A DNA stretch of 64,000 nucleotides from Rhizodiscina lignyota (GCA_010015805.1 ML978134.1:124001-188000); one strand, 5' to 3'; positions 37,858-50,510 are shown, counted from the first letter of the stretch. Notes: generated by a model not told the origin, from the sequence alone. Program-made: numbers and translations.

Positions 37858-39597
37858 CTATTGGGCTTCAAGTACTTTGCTCCCCTCGTTCCGCACTCTG
37901 ATAAAATCTTCTCTCCATTGATCCACCTCCTGCAAAGCCTGTCGTGGCCTCTTCTTCCTAATGATGAGGAAAGACTGAAGCTCTGCGGGCGAGAACGTCT
38001 CCTCAGGAACGCGATCGGCGAATTCATTTGCCAGATCTTCAAGCTCCTCCTTCGATAATGGTGGCTCCGGTTCTGTTGTCAAATACTCGAAGACTGACGG
38101 TACCTTTGGCGTTGTCGGCGGTGTGACATGGCCGTTCGACAGATTGCCGTCCGCCGCCCCTGCATCATGTCCGCCCTTTTCTTCAAGGCTTCTATCAGGC
38201 TCCTCATTCGCCACCTTCGCTTCATCGCTAAACCTCGGTGGCCTTCCCCTCTCTTCCTCAAACATGCGTGTAAAGATCTCGTGCGCCTGATGCCGCGTCG
38301 CCAACGTAAACTTAATCTGCATATCAACCCGTCCTGGTCGAATCAAGGCATTGTCAAGCTCCTCCGGGTGATTCGTGGTCATGACCAATACTCTACCTTC
38401 ATGGCTTGCCACTCCATCAATCGCATTCAAAAGGCCAGACAGCGAGATGCCCTGTCTAGCGGGATCTGAAGGCTTTTCGTTCCGACGCTGGTCACTCAGG
38501 TGATCACGCGAGAGGCCAGCCGTATCGATGTCTTCGAGGAGGACGATGCAACGCCGAGGAAGGTTGTTGAATAGCAACATCAGCTCACTCTCCGTGATCG
38601 CAGATAACCCGCTCTCGTTCAATGACACCACATGAATGTCCAGTCCAAAAAGACCCGCAAGCGCAAAGCTCAAGCTGGACTTTCCGGTACCTGGTGGTCC
38701 ATGGAAGAGGTAGCCTCTCCGATATGGAATACCTCGTGTGGCATACCATTTTGGACTCGCGGGATGAAGATACTCGTTCACATCTGCAACGAGGCGTGCC
38801 TTCTGTTCCGGATCCAGTACGACCGTTTCCAGTGGTCTTGATGGCCTTTGTGTGACTACGCTCCAATGACCCGGTGGCCGGCGCTGGTCTTTTGCAGTTG
38901 GCCGTTTGATCGTCGTAAGCGTCGTTTGCTTCTCCACAGCCCAGATCTTGACATGCTCAATCCAATCTTTCAACGGGTTCGTGGAGCGTCCAATGCACTT
39001 GATTGTCAATCTGTGCTCTTCAATATTCTGGTATGGTGTGTTCCGCGTCTCCTTTTGGATCCGTTGGAAGATGAAGAGGTTTCGATTATGCCAGAACCAA
39101 TGCGTTCCCACAGCGGGCTCGTATCGTGGTGGCTTCTTCGCAGCCCACTTGCCGAAATGAAAGAGCCCGTCCTCCGAAATGTACTCTTCTGCTGCTTCAT
39201 CCTCCTGTGGCGACGTATTCTGGGATACGGCGATGAGTCTACGACTTTCTTTCGTCATCCGGTGCTCGCTGACCCAAGCGAGTACATGGCGGAACAAATC
39301 ATCCTTCCCATCGATTGTGACATGAGACATCCACACATCGTTTAACGATTTGTAGATCGTATTCCAGAAGTATTTACCTCCGCTGATGACAGCGAAACAG
39401 AGCAGCCCCGTTGTGACCACTATGCCTATGTCAAAACCGAAGATTTGGAGTATGAAACGTGAAATCAGACTATATCCTGGTATGAATGCCTCAAGAATGT
39501 TCGGAGAGAGGTCTGTCAGGTTCAGAGACGCAGTTGAATTTGCGTCCGGGTTTACGCTCGACTGCCTGAGCATGCGATCGAGGCGGCGAAAGTCCAT
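37858..39597 (-). CDS. BCS1-like AAA ATPase, single exon, 579 aa
   Basis: BCS1_N-type N-terminus; GIPYRRGYLFHGPPGTGKS, LLEDID, LSGLLNAIDG, TTNH, LIRPGRVD. Confidence 0.95.
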   Translation of the reverse strand: MDFRRLDRMLRQSSVNPDANSTASLNLTDLSPNILEAFIPGYSLISRFILQIFGFDIGIVVTTGLLCFAVISGGKYFWNTIYKSLNDVWMSHVTIDGKDDLFRHVLAWVSEHRMTKESRRLIAVSQNTSPQEDEAAEEYISEDGLFHFGKWAAKKPPRYEPAVGTHWFWHNRNLFIFQRIQKETRNTPYQNIEEHRLTIKCIGRSTNPLKDWIEHVKIWAVEKQTTLTTIKRPTAKDQRRPPGHWSVVTQRPSRPLETVVLDPEQKARLVADVNEYLHPASPKWYATRGIPYRRGYLFHGPPGTGKSSLSFALAGLFGLDIHVVSLNESGLSAITESELMLLFNNLPRRCIVLLEDIDTAGLSRDHLSDQRRNEKPSDPARQGISLSGLLNAIDGVASHEGRVLVMTTNHPEELDNALIRPGRVDMQIKFTLATRHQAHEIFTRMFEEERGRPPRFSDEAKVANEEPDRSLEEKGGHDAGAADGNLSNGHVTPPTTPKVPSVFEYLTTEPEPPLSKEELEDLANEFADRVPEETFSPAELQSFLIIRKKRPRQALQEVDQWREDFIRVRNEGSKVLEAQ

Positions 39598-40237
39598 GGC
39601 GAGGTCCGATATGACAATCTCGGTCTTACCAGTAATTTATGAAGTGAAGGTTGAATGCTTCAGTATTTCAATTTGCCACTGGAATGACTGACTCAATAAG
39701 TGAGAGACACTCGTAAGGTGGACTGCCACTGGACGCAATTGTGTGAAGGCAAAAGAAAGGCCCTTCACTGCGAATACCGTAGGAGTTAGAGAGGTAGCAC
39801 ACTACTTAAATAAAGTAAGTGAAGGCGGCCTCAAGACCAAGTACGATAATGTGGCTGCTGCCTGGTGTGCCGCATGATTGTACAGGGTTGTGTGAGCAAA
39901 TGAGTGGATCATGGTTGATCATGTTGATCATTCGCCACTCCGTGGCATCTCGTGCATATTTCGCCGCCACCTTTGCTCCAGAGCCAACGTATCGTATCTG
40001 AAAGTTGGAATTATGTTTTACGTCGGTGCCTGTCAATCCCGAGATCTAGGCATGTCTATTGGACTGCCTTTTACCCTATACCCTCATTCATATGTGAACA
40101 GGCTACATAACGAAGTGGCAAATTTCGGGCACCAAATCAAGCCGAACTTCCCATGACTATAGAGAAGTAGAGATCTATATTCTGTTGCGATGTTTTTTCC
40201 AGTGTGCCAACTCAATCATTTACAGCTATGTTCTCTC

Positions 40238-41573
40238 CTATTCATTCCATAGCACTCTTGCCACGCTTCCGCCGTCGCTCATTGTAACATTAGTCGTCCC
40301 TGTCGCTATAGCTGTTTTCCCAATTTCCCCTGTACTAGAATCTCGTTTAAACACTCTAACATTTCCAGAGTATTGATTTGCAACAGCTAGCAAGCTGCCC
40401 TCCTTCGTTATCGCAAAGTTTCGCGGCCAGGCGCCTCCGGAGGGAGCCATTCCGATTAGAGATAGAGCGCCAGTATTCAGATCCACAGTGTAAGAAATAA
40501 GAGTGTCTGACGACTGGCCATCATATATACTGCGAGAATCGGTCCTTGTACTGAGAACGATCGCGTTGGAGATGGAGATGCGATCTCTGCCGGTATGACA
40601 AGCCCACGTGGATCCTGGGGTCCGCCGTCGCCAAAACCAGTCTGATATGTCGAGTCGTTGTAGAATTGTTGGAATCCGATGGTCTCATTTGGGTGGTACA
40701 GCACTTCGAAGCCGTGAAGCGAGTTTGTGAGCTCGCCAAGCACGTAAATGAAAGTCTTCTCCTGCCCTTTCACAAAAGCGCAGTGCCGAGGACCATTGCC
40801 AGGGGCGACAGAGTGAGGATCAAGCTCAAGGAGGCGATTATCCCAGCCGATGCGAAACGAGCGTATGGCATCCGCACCACGGTCCATCAGCACGACGTAC
40901 TTTCCGGTAGGGTCAAGGAAAATACCATGCGGATATGACTGGCTCTGCAGGGTGAAGTTCAGAACGGGCGACGGTCCTGGCTCTGAGATGTGATAGTGGA
41001 AAGTCTGCAGTCTAATCAGAGACGATTCATTTGTTGTATCCCAAACGGATGCTCCGCCGCCAGCATAGTGCGCCAAACCGAGTCTGTTTGGTGCGATGAT
41101 CGTGCCGTGAACCGGGCCATAATCTGTCGTGACATTGTTCAGGAGTGAGGGTTCTGAATAGCTTTGGCTGGTGCTGTCTATTGACCAAGACGATAAAGAG
41201 CCCGAATTTGGCAGAGTCTTGAGGCATTCAGAATCAGGCACGTCCCAAGTTTTCTGTATGCGCCACTCACGTAAGCCTCGTTCAAACAATAGAGAGTGTT
41301 TGTGCTCTTGTCCAATTCAAGCCAGCCAGGGTTCCAGCCACAATCGGCTGTTTGCCAAATAGTATTAAGAGAATAGTTACTTCCGGATTTAACTAGTGCA
41401 AGGTGATAAATAGGAGAGGCGTAGCTTGCAACCCAAAGACTTGGAAGCGAAGCATTATGCAGTGCCATGTTTGTGCTAAACAGGCTTGCTATTGGGAAGG
41501 ATGATAGCGACTGAAGCATGCCCGAGGTATTGAAATTGAAGGAGAAGGTGTCTTTCAAATATGAGAAATCCAT
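40238..41573 (-). pseudogene. Lactonase family 7-bladed beta-propeller (6-phosphogluconolactonase/muconate-lactonising-like) with an apparent frameshift at ~40562-40582
   Basis: QSYPHGIFLDPTG, DRGAD, GNGPRH, LGELTN, PAEIA, then WPRNFAI and AVANQ in a different frame. One normal intron near 41270-41218. Confidence 0.75.
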
Positions 41574-42396
41574 CGTGACATTGAAAGTCTCCAGATCCGG
41601 GCGTCGTATGCTTATGACAAGGCAAGAGTGGATCTTTTCGAGGACAAATAGCTTGGCGGCTTCAGAGGGTGAATTATATCCGAAGTGCTAGTGGACATGT
41701 CTCTCTACACTCTGTGTTGAAAGGAAATTCAATAACTTCTCACACATGAACGGTTGTGCAGTCGATGTGGTAGAGCCGTCGGCTAGTTTATTCCGGAAAC
41801 AGTTTCGTTAGTGCTGATCCAAGAAGTTGGAACCCATCGAAGTAGGTATTGATAGCTGTTCAGGCGGATCTTGTCGATAGCCGCAGAGCGGGACGAAAGT
41901 TTGAACGAGAAGTTCGAGTAACAGTAACCCGATTCGCCGACAGTTCAAAATATTCGAAATTACTACTCCATACTTGAGGTTCATAATCCTATGCTGCCTC
42001 CTCATATTTGCCTGGGGCACTCCAAGAGAATTGCATCGGCGGCGACTGTATATACGCACCCCCAACCTTCAGTATTAACCCACTTTCAGGAGTTAGTTGT
42101 GTTGGAAGTGAAACTGAGTTGTCTTCCTCACAGTGAACGTTTTCCTCCCTGTAAACTCCGTCGCCCAACAGCGCAGCGAACAGCGTTGACAATTTGACAT
42201 CGTGGAAGAGCGTACGCTTGGCATTTATATCAACATATCTGAGCTATTCGCATGTGGAAAAGATGCCTGAATGTGTTTGTATATGCAATTGTATATAACT
42301 CATAACAGGTACCCCTGTCGTGCACCGGGTCGCGTCGATCCTGAAAGAAGTAGGTCCCAAGTGGGTTATATTGCGTTAAAGTTAAAAAGTCTCTCT

Positions 42397-44406
42397 CTAA
42401 AATCTCTGCCAGGCTCTCTCCGTAGCTCTATCATCTCTTGAAAACTCAGCTCTTACTCTACGCTTCATTTCTTTAGGATCGAATCTCTCAGGTTCATGCT
42501 CAGGCTGGAGCTGGTCCTCAGGTTCACGGTCAACGCCAATATTTGCCAAAATAGTTAAACGGTAATCTCTGGACGCAGCGTCGGAAAGATCCTCTGAAGT
42601 TACGAGACTAGCAGAGACTGCGCCAAGCTGATTAGCCATGTCCTGCAATGAATCTTCCAAGGGAACAACATAGCCGTCTCCAAAAGCATCGACGGCTATG
42701 AGATGTCCATATACGCGTCCATCGGTGGCGTCTACGATCCACGAGCCTGAGTCTCCAGGAAGAAGAGCTATACCGATTTGATTAGCGACGGCGTACAGTG
42801 GTGACAATAATAAATATACACGTACCTTGATGAGTTTCACGAAGCCTCAGGCCATGTGTCTTAATTGACGGTTTGTTGAATGAAGTTGCAAAGCTCGAGT
42901 TATGACAGACAAGTTGTCCAGGAAGAGCGCCTCTAGATGCCGTAAGGACGTAGACTACATACTCCTCATCTACATTGGTCGATCCCATTTCAGTCAATTC
43001 AAAAGCTTGCTTATGCGGTGCCCCATGACTGTTAAACCAGTTCTAGAAAGAGTTAACCAGAGCAGAACTACTTCCATTCCTAAGGCACATACACTTATTG
43101 TGTCCAACGGCAGTCCAGTGATGCGCGCAATATCCATTCTTTGCCCATCACTCGGTTCTGGTTGGATTCGGTGCCAACCCTCAAGAAACTCGCGTTGATT
43201 CTTAGTTAGGCCAGTCCTGTGTGTCAGTGAGTGTGTCATGGCCTTGATATGCCTATCACCGACCGTCCATCTGTTTCTGCCCACCTTCAACAGACGCGCT
43301 AAGTACTTTGGGCTATCTACAAGTGCCCAATCGAAATCGGCTCTTTCATTGAGAGAATCGGCTTCAGCTGAAGAAGCAAACAACGATCCAATCTCTTCAT
43401 GTTTGTGCATGCAGCATCGCTGTTGCTCAACCGACTCCTCCGGATCGGTTTCTAATAATGCGAGCTTAACATTTGGTAATGCTTCTTGATCGAGTTCCAC
43501 GGATGTGATGCTCCCATCGTCGCTAAGAGCTTCCTTATGGAAATCGTCGATCTCCATGCCGCTATCAATACCGGATTCATCATCATCATCTGTTGACGTA
43601 GTAGAAGAAGTCTGGGTCCATTGACAGATGTGATTTGCAGTAAATGCAAAAAGACGGAAGTTGTCGTCTGACCACGTAACTTTTACTGGACTACTGAGAG
43701 TACCCCTTGGAGGCCCGGCCATCTCTTGTGGTGCTCCGGAGTCTAGTACACGAATTGGGAGGCAAATCTGGCTCATGTATCCAATATTCGATGGTTGATG
43801 CGCGAGCTCGCAGTCACAGCTGAGAGTTATGACCAGTTCTCCCGCGAGCAAGTTTGGAGGCAACTCGCTCACCAAGATCTTAAAAGAAGGTCTGTCGGCA
43901 TGGTCCGCGCTCGAGTATTCCTCTCTGACGACGGACTGGTTGAAGAACTGTCGTACTCGTTTGCACAAATGTTTGCTGCAGAATACTACCACGTACGGAG
44001 TGGCAGTTTCATAATTTTCTCCAAGCATCTTTAGTTTTACGGAGAGAGGCCCGTGTTGACCCTTGACTACCAACAAATGCCTGTGGAAATCATCTTTGAA
44101 TAATTCTTGTAGATCGTTGAAGCGATTCCGGATTGCATCGGGGATGTGGATATCGAACTGTTTCAAGTTCACGGGTTTCGGTCGTGAGAATCTTCTTTTC
44201 CCAACTTGTTCACCCTCGATAGTCGTGGATCGTCGCTTCAGGAGAGTGTCTCGTTTGGCACTGCTCGTCACAGAAGAGTAGCCAGAATCAGCGAACTCGG
44301 CTGATTTCTCTAAATCGAGCTGAGAACAGCCAGCAGGCTCAAATGGGTGAACCTTCTGTGATAATGAGCCTTCAAGTTCTAGATTAGAGACAGTTCGAGA
44401 CGCCAT
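42397..44406 (-). CDS. Trypsin-fold serine protease-like protein (~630 aa) with an inserted degenerate homeodomain; at least 3 exons
   Basis: FTANHI (His codon 43630-43632), DFDWALV (Asp 43330-43332), PGDSGSWIVD (Ser 42748-42750), VYGHLIA. Introns 43092-43043 (GTATGT..TTAAC..TAG) and 42825-42768 (GTACGT..CTAAT..TAG) join three ORF fragments in frame. Confidence 0.85.
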
Positions 44407-44911
44407 GTTTGTGCGCGTGGTGATCACTGGTGGATAACGACAGCCCCATTCGAAGACTCCATATCGTGTACCGTAATCATTATCTCGCTGTCTGGGCGAG
44501 CACGTCGCACACCTTGAAGCTGCTCAAGGTAATATAATGATTGCGTAGGCTCATGTATCGAGGCATGCACCTGACCTCATCGTATAAAACGTTGAGGGCG
44601 GGGCCTGGAATGGGGCGAGGTGCATCACGGCGCTTGCTAAACTGGGCAATGCATACGTTAACGAATTAGGGGCTGCCCTCCCTTGCAGAGTTGAGATAAA
44701 TGGTCGCGTGAACTCTGCATTTCCCAGCCTTACCTATGTAGCCCGACCGTCACACGCCCACTCTGCGGATCTGTTATTAACGTTATGATTGGCCCCATCT
44801 CATTATTCAGGCCATTCAGTTGCTGAAGCCTGTTCTCCCAGTACACTCTTCGCTGTTCAATGGGCCTATGCAGTTGACTTCTTGCATCAGCATACTACTG
44901 TCCAGGTCACT

Positions 44912-46099
44912 ATGGTAGATTCTAACATATATCCGCATTTCCCGTTATCGAGGGTTAGCAAATCAGAGCTTCGACGTCTATGTAGAACTTTGTGGTCGTG
45001 GGAGTTTTGCTCCATATGCGAGAAGCAGAGCGCGAGATGTCCTTCGAAGGACTGTGCATCTCATCAAGAAAAGCGCCTCAATCGGTTCCTTGACTATTAC
45101 AAACGAATATGCGCGACGTATGAGCCCTGCATTGAAGATGGAGCGCGTCCAATTCTGCGTACACACGAAGACCTCTGCAGCCTGATCAAAGCGATTCGAG
45201 AAGGCTCAAATGTTCCACGGTCGGAACTCAACAGCCTCACCCTGATCATGAGCTCGACATCGCCAGATAGAGAAAAGAATATAGCTATTAGTATGGCGGT
45301 GGATGTATTGACGATGTTTGGCTGTGGCTCTGATCAAGGAAACCCGGCTTTGCTAGAGCAGGGTCTCAACAACGCTCCGTGGAATCCGGAAGAGAGCCTG
45401 CACCAATTTGTTCGAAACTCTTTCACGGAGATGAACCATCCAGCTTTCGAGGATACCAGTTCCACATCTTACCACGAGGTGTGTAGGGCCCTCGTAGCTC
45501 GGAAGCTCTCCAAGCATGCAGGCCTGTCTTTCAAGGCAACAGAAAATCTACGACACCATTTGCGCCTGGATAGGAAGGAGGGACATATACAGATATTCCA
45601 TTATACTTCATTCATAAAGGAGCATCTTCGCTGTACACGAGACTGCATCGACTCTACCACCGACGGCTCAATGTGTTTTCCTAACGGTGTTCTGCCTCGC
45701 CAGCTGTGCCTTGAAGTCCTCGACTCAATCCAGAAGGTCCTCTTCCCATTGACAGACAAGAAGTCGCGCGCCTTACTCCTATCCTTAGTCTCATCTGAAG
45801 GGTTTGACCCCGACACACTTCGCTTCGAGTCAACAAGCATCCGCCGACCAGACGAGAAGGACATCCCATTCCTCTTCCTCGGAGATAGACTTGCAAACTT
45901 ATATGCCGAGCTAGAGAACCCTCAGCCACGTAACTGGCTCGATAAGTGGCTGCAGCGGAAGAGTAATGCTCGGCATGTGATGTTGACTACGCTGGTCGGA
46001 GTTCTAATCGCTGTTCTCTTGGGTATTTGTGGGCTGGCGTTGGCTGGCTTCCAGGCTTGGATTTCCTGGCAACAGTGGAAGCATCCGGTGAGCAACTAG
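44912..46099 (+). CDS. Uncharacterised 395-aa protein with N-terminal C-x2-C-x6-C-x4-C cluster and C-terminal membrane segment; single exon
   Basis: Long ORF; TENLRHHLRLD, SIQKVLFP, FLGDRLANLYAELENPQP, then ~30 hydrophobic residues (HVMLTTLVGVLIAVLLGICGLALAGFQAWISW). Confidence 0.85.
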   Translation: MVDSNIYPHFPLSRVSKSELRRLCRTLWSWEFCSICEKQSARCPSKDCASHQEKRLNRFLDYYKRICATYEPCIEDGARPILRTHEDLCSLIKAIREGSNVPRSELNSLTLIMSSTSPDREKNIAISMAVDVLTMFGCGSDQGNPALLEQGLNNAPWNPEESLHQFVRNSFTEMNHPAFEDTSSTSYHEVCRALVARKLSKHAGLSFKATENLRHHLRLDRKEGHIQIFHYTSFIKEHLRCTRDCIDSTTDGSMCFPNGVLPRQLCLEVLDSIQKVLFPLTDKKSRALLLSLVSSEGFDPDTLRFESTSIRRPDEKDIPFLFLGDRLANLYAELENPQPRNWLDKWLQRKSNARHVMLTTLVGVLIAVLLGICGLALAGFQAWISWQQWKHPVSN

Positions 46100-46811
46100 A
46101 AAGTAAACAGGTTTACAGCATACACCTGCGCTTCGAAGATAGCTATGTTGCAACCTTCATCGTCACGTACGAAAAGTAATGGCAGTGCGGACGAACGTGT
46201 GCCTGTCGTTCATATCAGTACATCTGACAAGCCTGTAGCTGTAAGCTGTACACATGGTCGCATCGAGTTTACAGAAGAGGGGATGGAATTAGGGGCTATT
46301 ATCTAAGGGCCCTCTGCTGCGTCTTCTCTGTCTCAATCTCTGGTCTCAAAAAGAACGCTATCCTCCCATTGACAGCAATTTCTGTGCCATCTTGCCGTGC
46401 TCTTATCTTGCATCGATTTGAATTGCCCGCCCTAAATATGCGTAGCATAAAATTAACAAGAATCCGGCAGCTAACGAAGATGTGCTGCCGTTTCGACACC
46501 CCCGATCCAGACTCGCGAGATTTGATGGCGAAAGAGTGAAACCTCCGCTACAGAGCTGGCTCGGCAACTGTGGCGTCGGCACTCGACAAGGCATGGTGCC
46601 ACGTTGGCTTTGGCCAGTTTCCTGATGCTTTTTGGAATCTGTGGGATGGTGTTGAGCGCGTTCCAAGTTTGGCCCTCGTGGAAAAAGGTATTACGCTCGG
46701 AACGCAGCGCTAAGGAAAACCGATTTACGCCAGACACCAACGCTATGGAAAAGACTGTGGACCGGCCCATTGAAGAAGTGGATATTCGTCGCATTCGCGC
46801 AATGCTCAACA

Positions 46812-49539
46812 TCACGACGCTTTCTTCCGATCCTTCCTCCGACTCGGGCCCGCAGACAACGCACCACTGACAATTCTTTGTAACCCAGTGCGCTGTCTGT
46901 TCAACCCAGCAAAATCAATTATTGTTCCTCTCCGCTCAGTATCCATCGTTCCAGTGCTACCTCTTCTGCTCTGAGGGCCTGCGCTGGCTTGGCCAGAGAA
47001 GGCCTCCATACCACTCAGATGTGACGGCCGCCTTGCCGCCATTCTTGCGGCCTCTTCAGCCTCTTTGCGCTGTAAGCTCTCGCTTGGTAGCAAAATGGCG
47101 CGGTCCAGGGCGTACGGAAGACCGCGATGGCGACCACGAAGCTGCATAGCTATGATGACGAGTTTGCTCAATACCCGAAATTGAGCAGAGAAGCTGGCGT
47201 TCGTACCGGGATACCCGAGACTGAGACCAACAGTGCCGTAGGCGGATACGATCTCGAACAGACACGCAAAGATGGTGAAGGCGTAGTCGGAATTGTTCTG
47301 AAGCTTGTCTCCTTCCACGATGCAGACGATAAACAGGCCCAGGAAGACATACCACAGGTCGAAAGATAGTTGGCGTCGCAAATGTGCACCGATGTAGCTT
47401 GTCTCTCCCTCATTCTCGGTTTCTTCTTCACCTTTACCGTATATGCCGAGCGATTTCTCCTCGTAGACGTTCGTGCGGCGGATTGAGATAGCAATCGGAT
47501 AAACAGAAATGTACATCATGATCAAGTAGGATACTTGGATGGCGGGATGAAGTTGGGCAAGGCTGACGACAGAAAAGCCAGCAGTACGGGTAGAGAAAGC
47601 TTGATAAACACCATCAAGGAATCGAATACCGCCAGGCAGGACTGTAACAACATCATCGTTGAGCTGGAATATTGTCAGCGAATAAGATCACTTTCGTCGA
47701 GGGTATACCAGACTAACGTCAAGAATAATGAAGAATATGATATCAATGGCGTTTAGGATGACCAAGATCGCAAACAGCCACCATGTTGCCTGTTTGGGAA
47801 AGAGGAGTGTGAAGCATCGACGTGGATGATCGAGCAAAAATTGTAGCTCCTCGTAGAGAGGGGTACCGTACGTGACCATTTTTGACTGAGCCCAGATGAC
47901 AAAACGAAGCATGCAAGGGAAGCCTGTATTCCCAATCACAATCAGGAAAGATCCAATCAGTAACGGAAAAACGGCTTTTTGGAATGAGCTCATCGAATCC
48001 GGCGTCAGAGTGAAGCCCAAGTCTGTGAAGTGCGACATTGCCGTGAAAATGCCCCACCAGGTCGGATTCTGCGATACAGCCTCAGGAACGGACTTGTAAC
48101 TGGTATGGAGAATCCAAGGCCAGAAACAGACGAGACCGAGCATGTGAAATCCGAGATAGTAAATGGTCAGTATCCATGCCAGAGTCTTAAGCGCCCGGTA
48201 CTCTACACCGCCGAGCTCTTCTCTCTGGTCTTCCGTAAGGTCAATGAAAAGCGAGTTTCTTCCTATCGTCGGCGCATAACTCAGGTAAGGTATCGGATCA
48301 CGCTCTCGATCGCTTCTGCCACTAAGAAAGCTGGTAAATGTTCCAGTACGCCCACGTCTGCGAAGTTGCATACTTTTGTTATCGTCGTCACCATCCTTGG
48401 AGCGCCTCGGCGATATTATGTTTGATAAGTTTGGCACCCATGTGAGATGAGGGTGACCCTTCTTTTGTGGCTCTGTCTCTGATTTGAGTGGGTGATCATC
48501 CAGGTTGAGCTCGTTCGGATCGTTAGAAGTAACGCGCTTTGCACGTTTTGTTTCATCTTCGTCTCCAGAAACAGTGTGATCAATCTCGTCTTCATCTTCT
48601 TCCACATGGCGCGGTATTTCACCACGATCAAAATCTCGCGGCCCAGGTACTCGAATCTTGGCCTTGTGGTTCCGTTGATTTTGGAGGAATGCAATGTTTT
48701 GTTCCCTTGTCCGTTGTTGTGGCATACGCTCCACACTATCCTGTGTCGCCGTTCTCCCCGGTCTTGGAGGCCGAACTTCATCAGCGAAAACAATGTCTCG
48801 TTGGAAAGTCGGTGACTCAAGGTTTGGTGATGATGGACTCCCCGGGCTTTGTGCTTCCGGAGTTTGGGTGCCATCGTGCAGTGTTGACCCACGAGCTTGG
48901 CCTTGCACCGCAATGTCAGAATCCGACTCGCTCTCCTTAGATTTGCCATTCATGTTGGCATCACCATTCTGTGAACGGAGAACGCGAATCTCACGCCCAC
49001 CAACACCACGCTCTTCTCTGTCCTGATCTAGGTCTGCTCTCATCTCACTCTTTGTCCGTGACCTTGTTCGTGTTCGGCGAAATGCTCGAGCATCGCGAAC
49101 CACGTTCTGAAATCGCTTTTCGAACCAATACAGCCGTATGAACACGACCATGGCATTGATCCAGATGGGGTTCGCAACGAAAGCGATTAAGAGGAGGGTA
49201 ACTTGTTGGGACAAGAATAGATTGTTGATATCGATCGTGTTGAGGCCACTCTGCGTTGAAGCTCCACTGGCGAAGAATAGAGCGTCTGTGTAAGACATGC
49301 CACCGACGCCGTATACGATCACCGAGCCAAGCATGACCAGGAAGATAAGGTATATGTCTATGCAGCAACGGAATCAGTAAATTCCAACAAAAGTGTGTTT
49401 ACGGGACGCCCATACAATGCAGGACTATAAAGTTGAAATGCCGAAAGAACGGCAAACTGGTAATCTTTGGCAGGTATTTCTTAACCCACCCTGCCCTCTC
49501 ATTCGCTACCAATTGCAATTTAACCCATTTGCCGAACAT
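46812..49539 (-). CDS. TRK1: Trk-family potassium transporter, 3 exons
   Basis: Four pore motifs ASTQSGLN, HFTDLGF, STRTAGF and SAYGTVGLS; MMYISVYP; RGRHRGLP. Confidence 0.94.
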
Positions 49540-50510
49540 CTTGGTCGATCCTGGTGAGCGTCGGACTAACTCGGAGGTTCGTAGTTGACGTGGCAGAGAT
49601 TGTGTCGGAAAATGGGTCGGTGGCTGTGAAAAGCTGGTTTTCAAAGCTCGACACCGCCCGTCTCTCCGATGAAGAGATCGTTTTAATGAAAGAAGCTCCA
49701 GTGGTGTTGAATTGGCCGCTTTGAGTCGTCCGTGAGGACCGACGGTCTAAGAAAGTCGCATTGCGGGAGACGGAAAGCTGACGGGTCGCGTGTGGCGGAA
49801 GGAAGTCAAGGACAGTCAGTGCCAGAGGGTGCGGCGCTTTCGATGCGCCAAAATGTAGGAATTGTGATTGATGTCAAGTGTCATGACTGTGTTGGCGCCA
49901 TGCGAGCGATCAATTGAGTGTCGCGGAGAAGGGAGTAAGTAGACGCATGCAGGAAGGAAGTAAAAGAAATTGGGATCCATGACACCGCTTTGTCCCCCGT
50001 AAGAAGTCGAATCCTCATCGCGATGACGCCACGCTAACGGCCGCGCTAACTCTCTGAAGCAAGGCGCGCGATCACGTGCGGCTTATCCCGGCTAGGCATC
50101 TCGCAACGCCTCCTTTTCTTGCGGCCCCATCGCATTTGGACCGGCTTAATCCTGACACCCTCATACTGCTCAGGGCCCTGGTGCCTGTGAATGAGGAGAC
50201 ATTCCGATGATTCTCTGAAAGTCATCAGCACGATATTGCGAGGTTCAGAGGGCTCTGCTAGCGATCAAGCTTGTGGGTTTTCAAATAGTAGTTCAGGTTA
50301 TTCAGATATTCGGACGACTATGGTCTACCATGCTTCCTCCAGGCCCTTTAGAGAGACTAATTTCCGACATCTGGCCAAATTGGCTGGTACGAGTAAAAGA
50401 TCTCGTTGATCAATCTCAGCTCAAAAGTCCTCCAGTTCAATTTCCTTCTTCTCATGCGCCAACCCCTTGCTCCTTTCCACTGTTCCTGTGTATGCTACCT
50501 CACGCTGCGC

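Noticed and set aside
41800..42230. Protein-like minus-strand fragments downstream of the protease gene
   Set aside because: Short, interrupted and not assignable to any family without a search.
44912..46099. Calling the protease partner a gasdermin or HeLo-domain protein
   Set aside because: No recognisable gasdermin or HeLo motifs; only the genomic arrangement is analogous.
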